A stretch of 63,908 nucleotides of DNA, counting the filler, from Nemertoderma westbladi (Eukaryota; Animalia; Xenacoelomorpha), in NCBI GenBank assembly GCA_032718475.1. It is 3 parts of 3 records of this genome, joined end to end, with 100 filler letters (N's around TTAATTAATTAA, not from the genome) between each part and the next. Parts side by side here need not be neighbours in the genome. Positions count along the whole stretch, not along the records: positions 56,363 to 63,908 come from JAUCBJ010004625.1; 2 more parts are not named here. The stretch is one strand, 5' to 3'. The notes beneath the pieces are model-generated. The model worked only from the letters and a program-made list of their open reading frames with translations. It ran no database searches and had not been told where the DNA came from. Position numbers and translations under genes: made by a program. Each line of letters opens with the position of its first letter. Positions within the stretch are counted from its first letter, which is position 1. Below, one piece after another: positions 63,755-63,908 of the stretch.

Positions 63755-63908
63755 AGGAATACAGAGGTGGAATAATAGAGTAGGAATACAGACAGAGGTG
63801 GAAGAACAGAGTTGTAAGAACAGGGTAGGAATACAGACAGAGGTGGAAGAACAGAGTAGGAATACTGAGGTGGAAGAACAGAGTTGGAATACAGATGTGG
63901 AACGGAAG
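63755..63908. repeat. purine-rich minisatellite
   Basis: Irregular repeats of AGGAATACAGAGGTGGAAGAACAGAGT. Confidence 0.8.

Overview
AT-rich animal (probably marine invertebrate) nuclear DNA, not prokaryotic. The window is three unrelated contigs (1-27983, 28084-56262, 56363-63908) joined by artificial N44-TTAATTAATTAA-N44 linkers. It is dominated by transposable elements: a young BEL/Pao-like LTR element with only gag and protease, two degenerate Gypsy elements, RTE, CR1 and other LINE pieces, a tRNA-derived SINE with an RTE tail, and piggyBac, MULE-like, IS3EU-like, Sola-like, pogo-like, Merlin/ISXO2 and Helentron-type (HINE) remnants with several MITEs. Two host genes are visible: the last exon of a GPI-anchored Ly6/uPAR protein (3221-3438, +) and four phase-compatible exons of a MACPF-domain gene (57104-63712, -). 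The most unusual signal is a Merlin transposase remnant followed ~37 nt after its apparent stop by four tandem histone-mRNA-type 3' stem-loops. Other leads are a possible Tf1-like self-priming site in the BEL element, a foldback element with a zinc-finger/acidic cargo ORF, and one ~55-bp module shared by three unrelated MITEs and a satellite. Family assignments come from recognised motifs and terminal structures, not from database searches.
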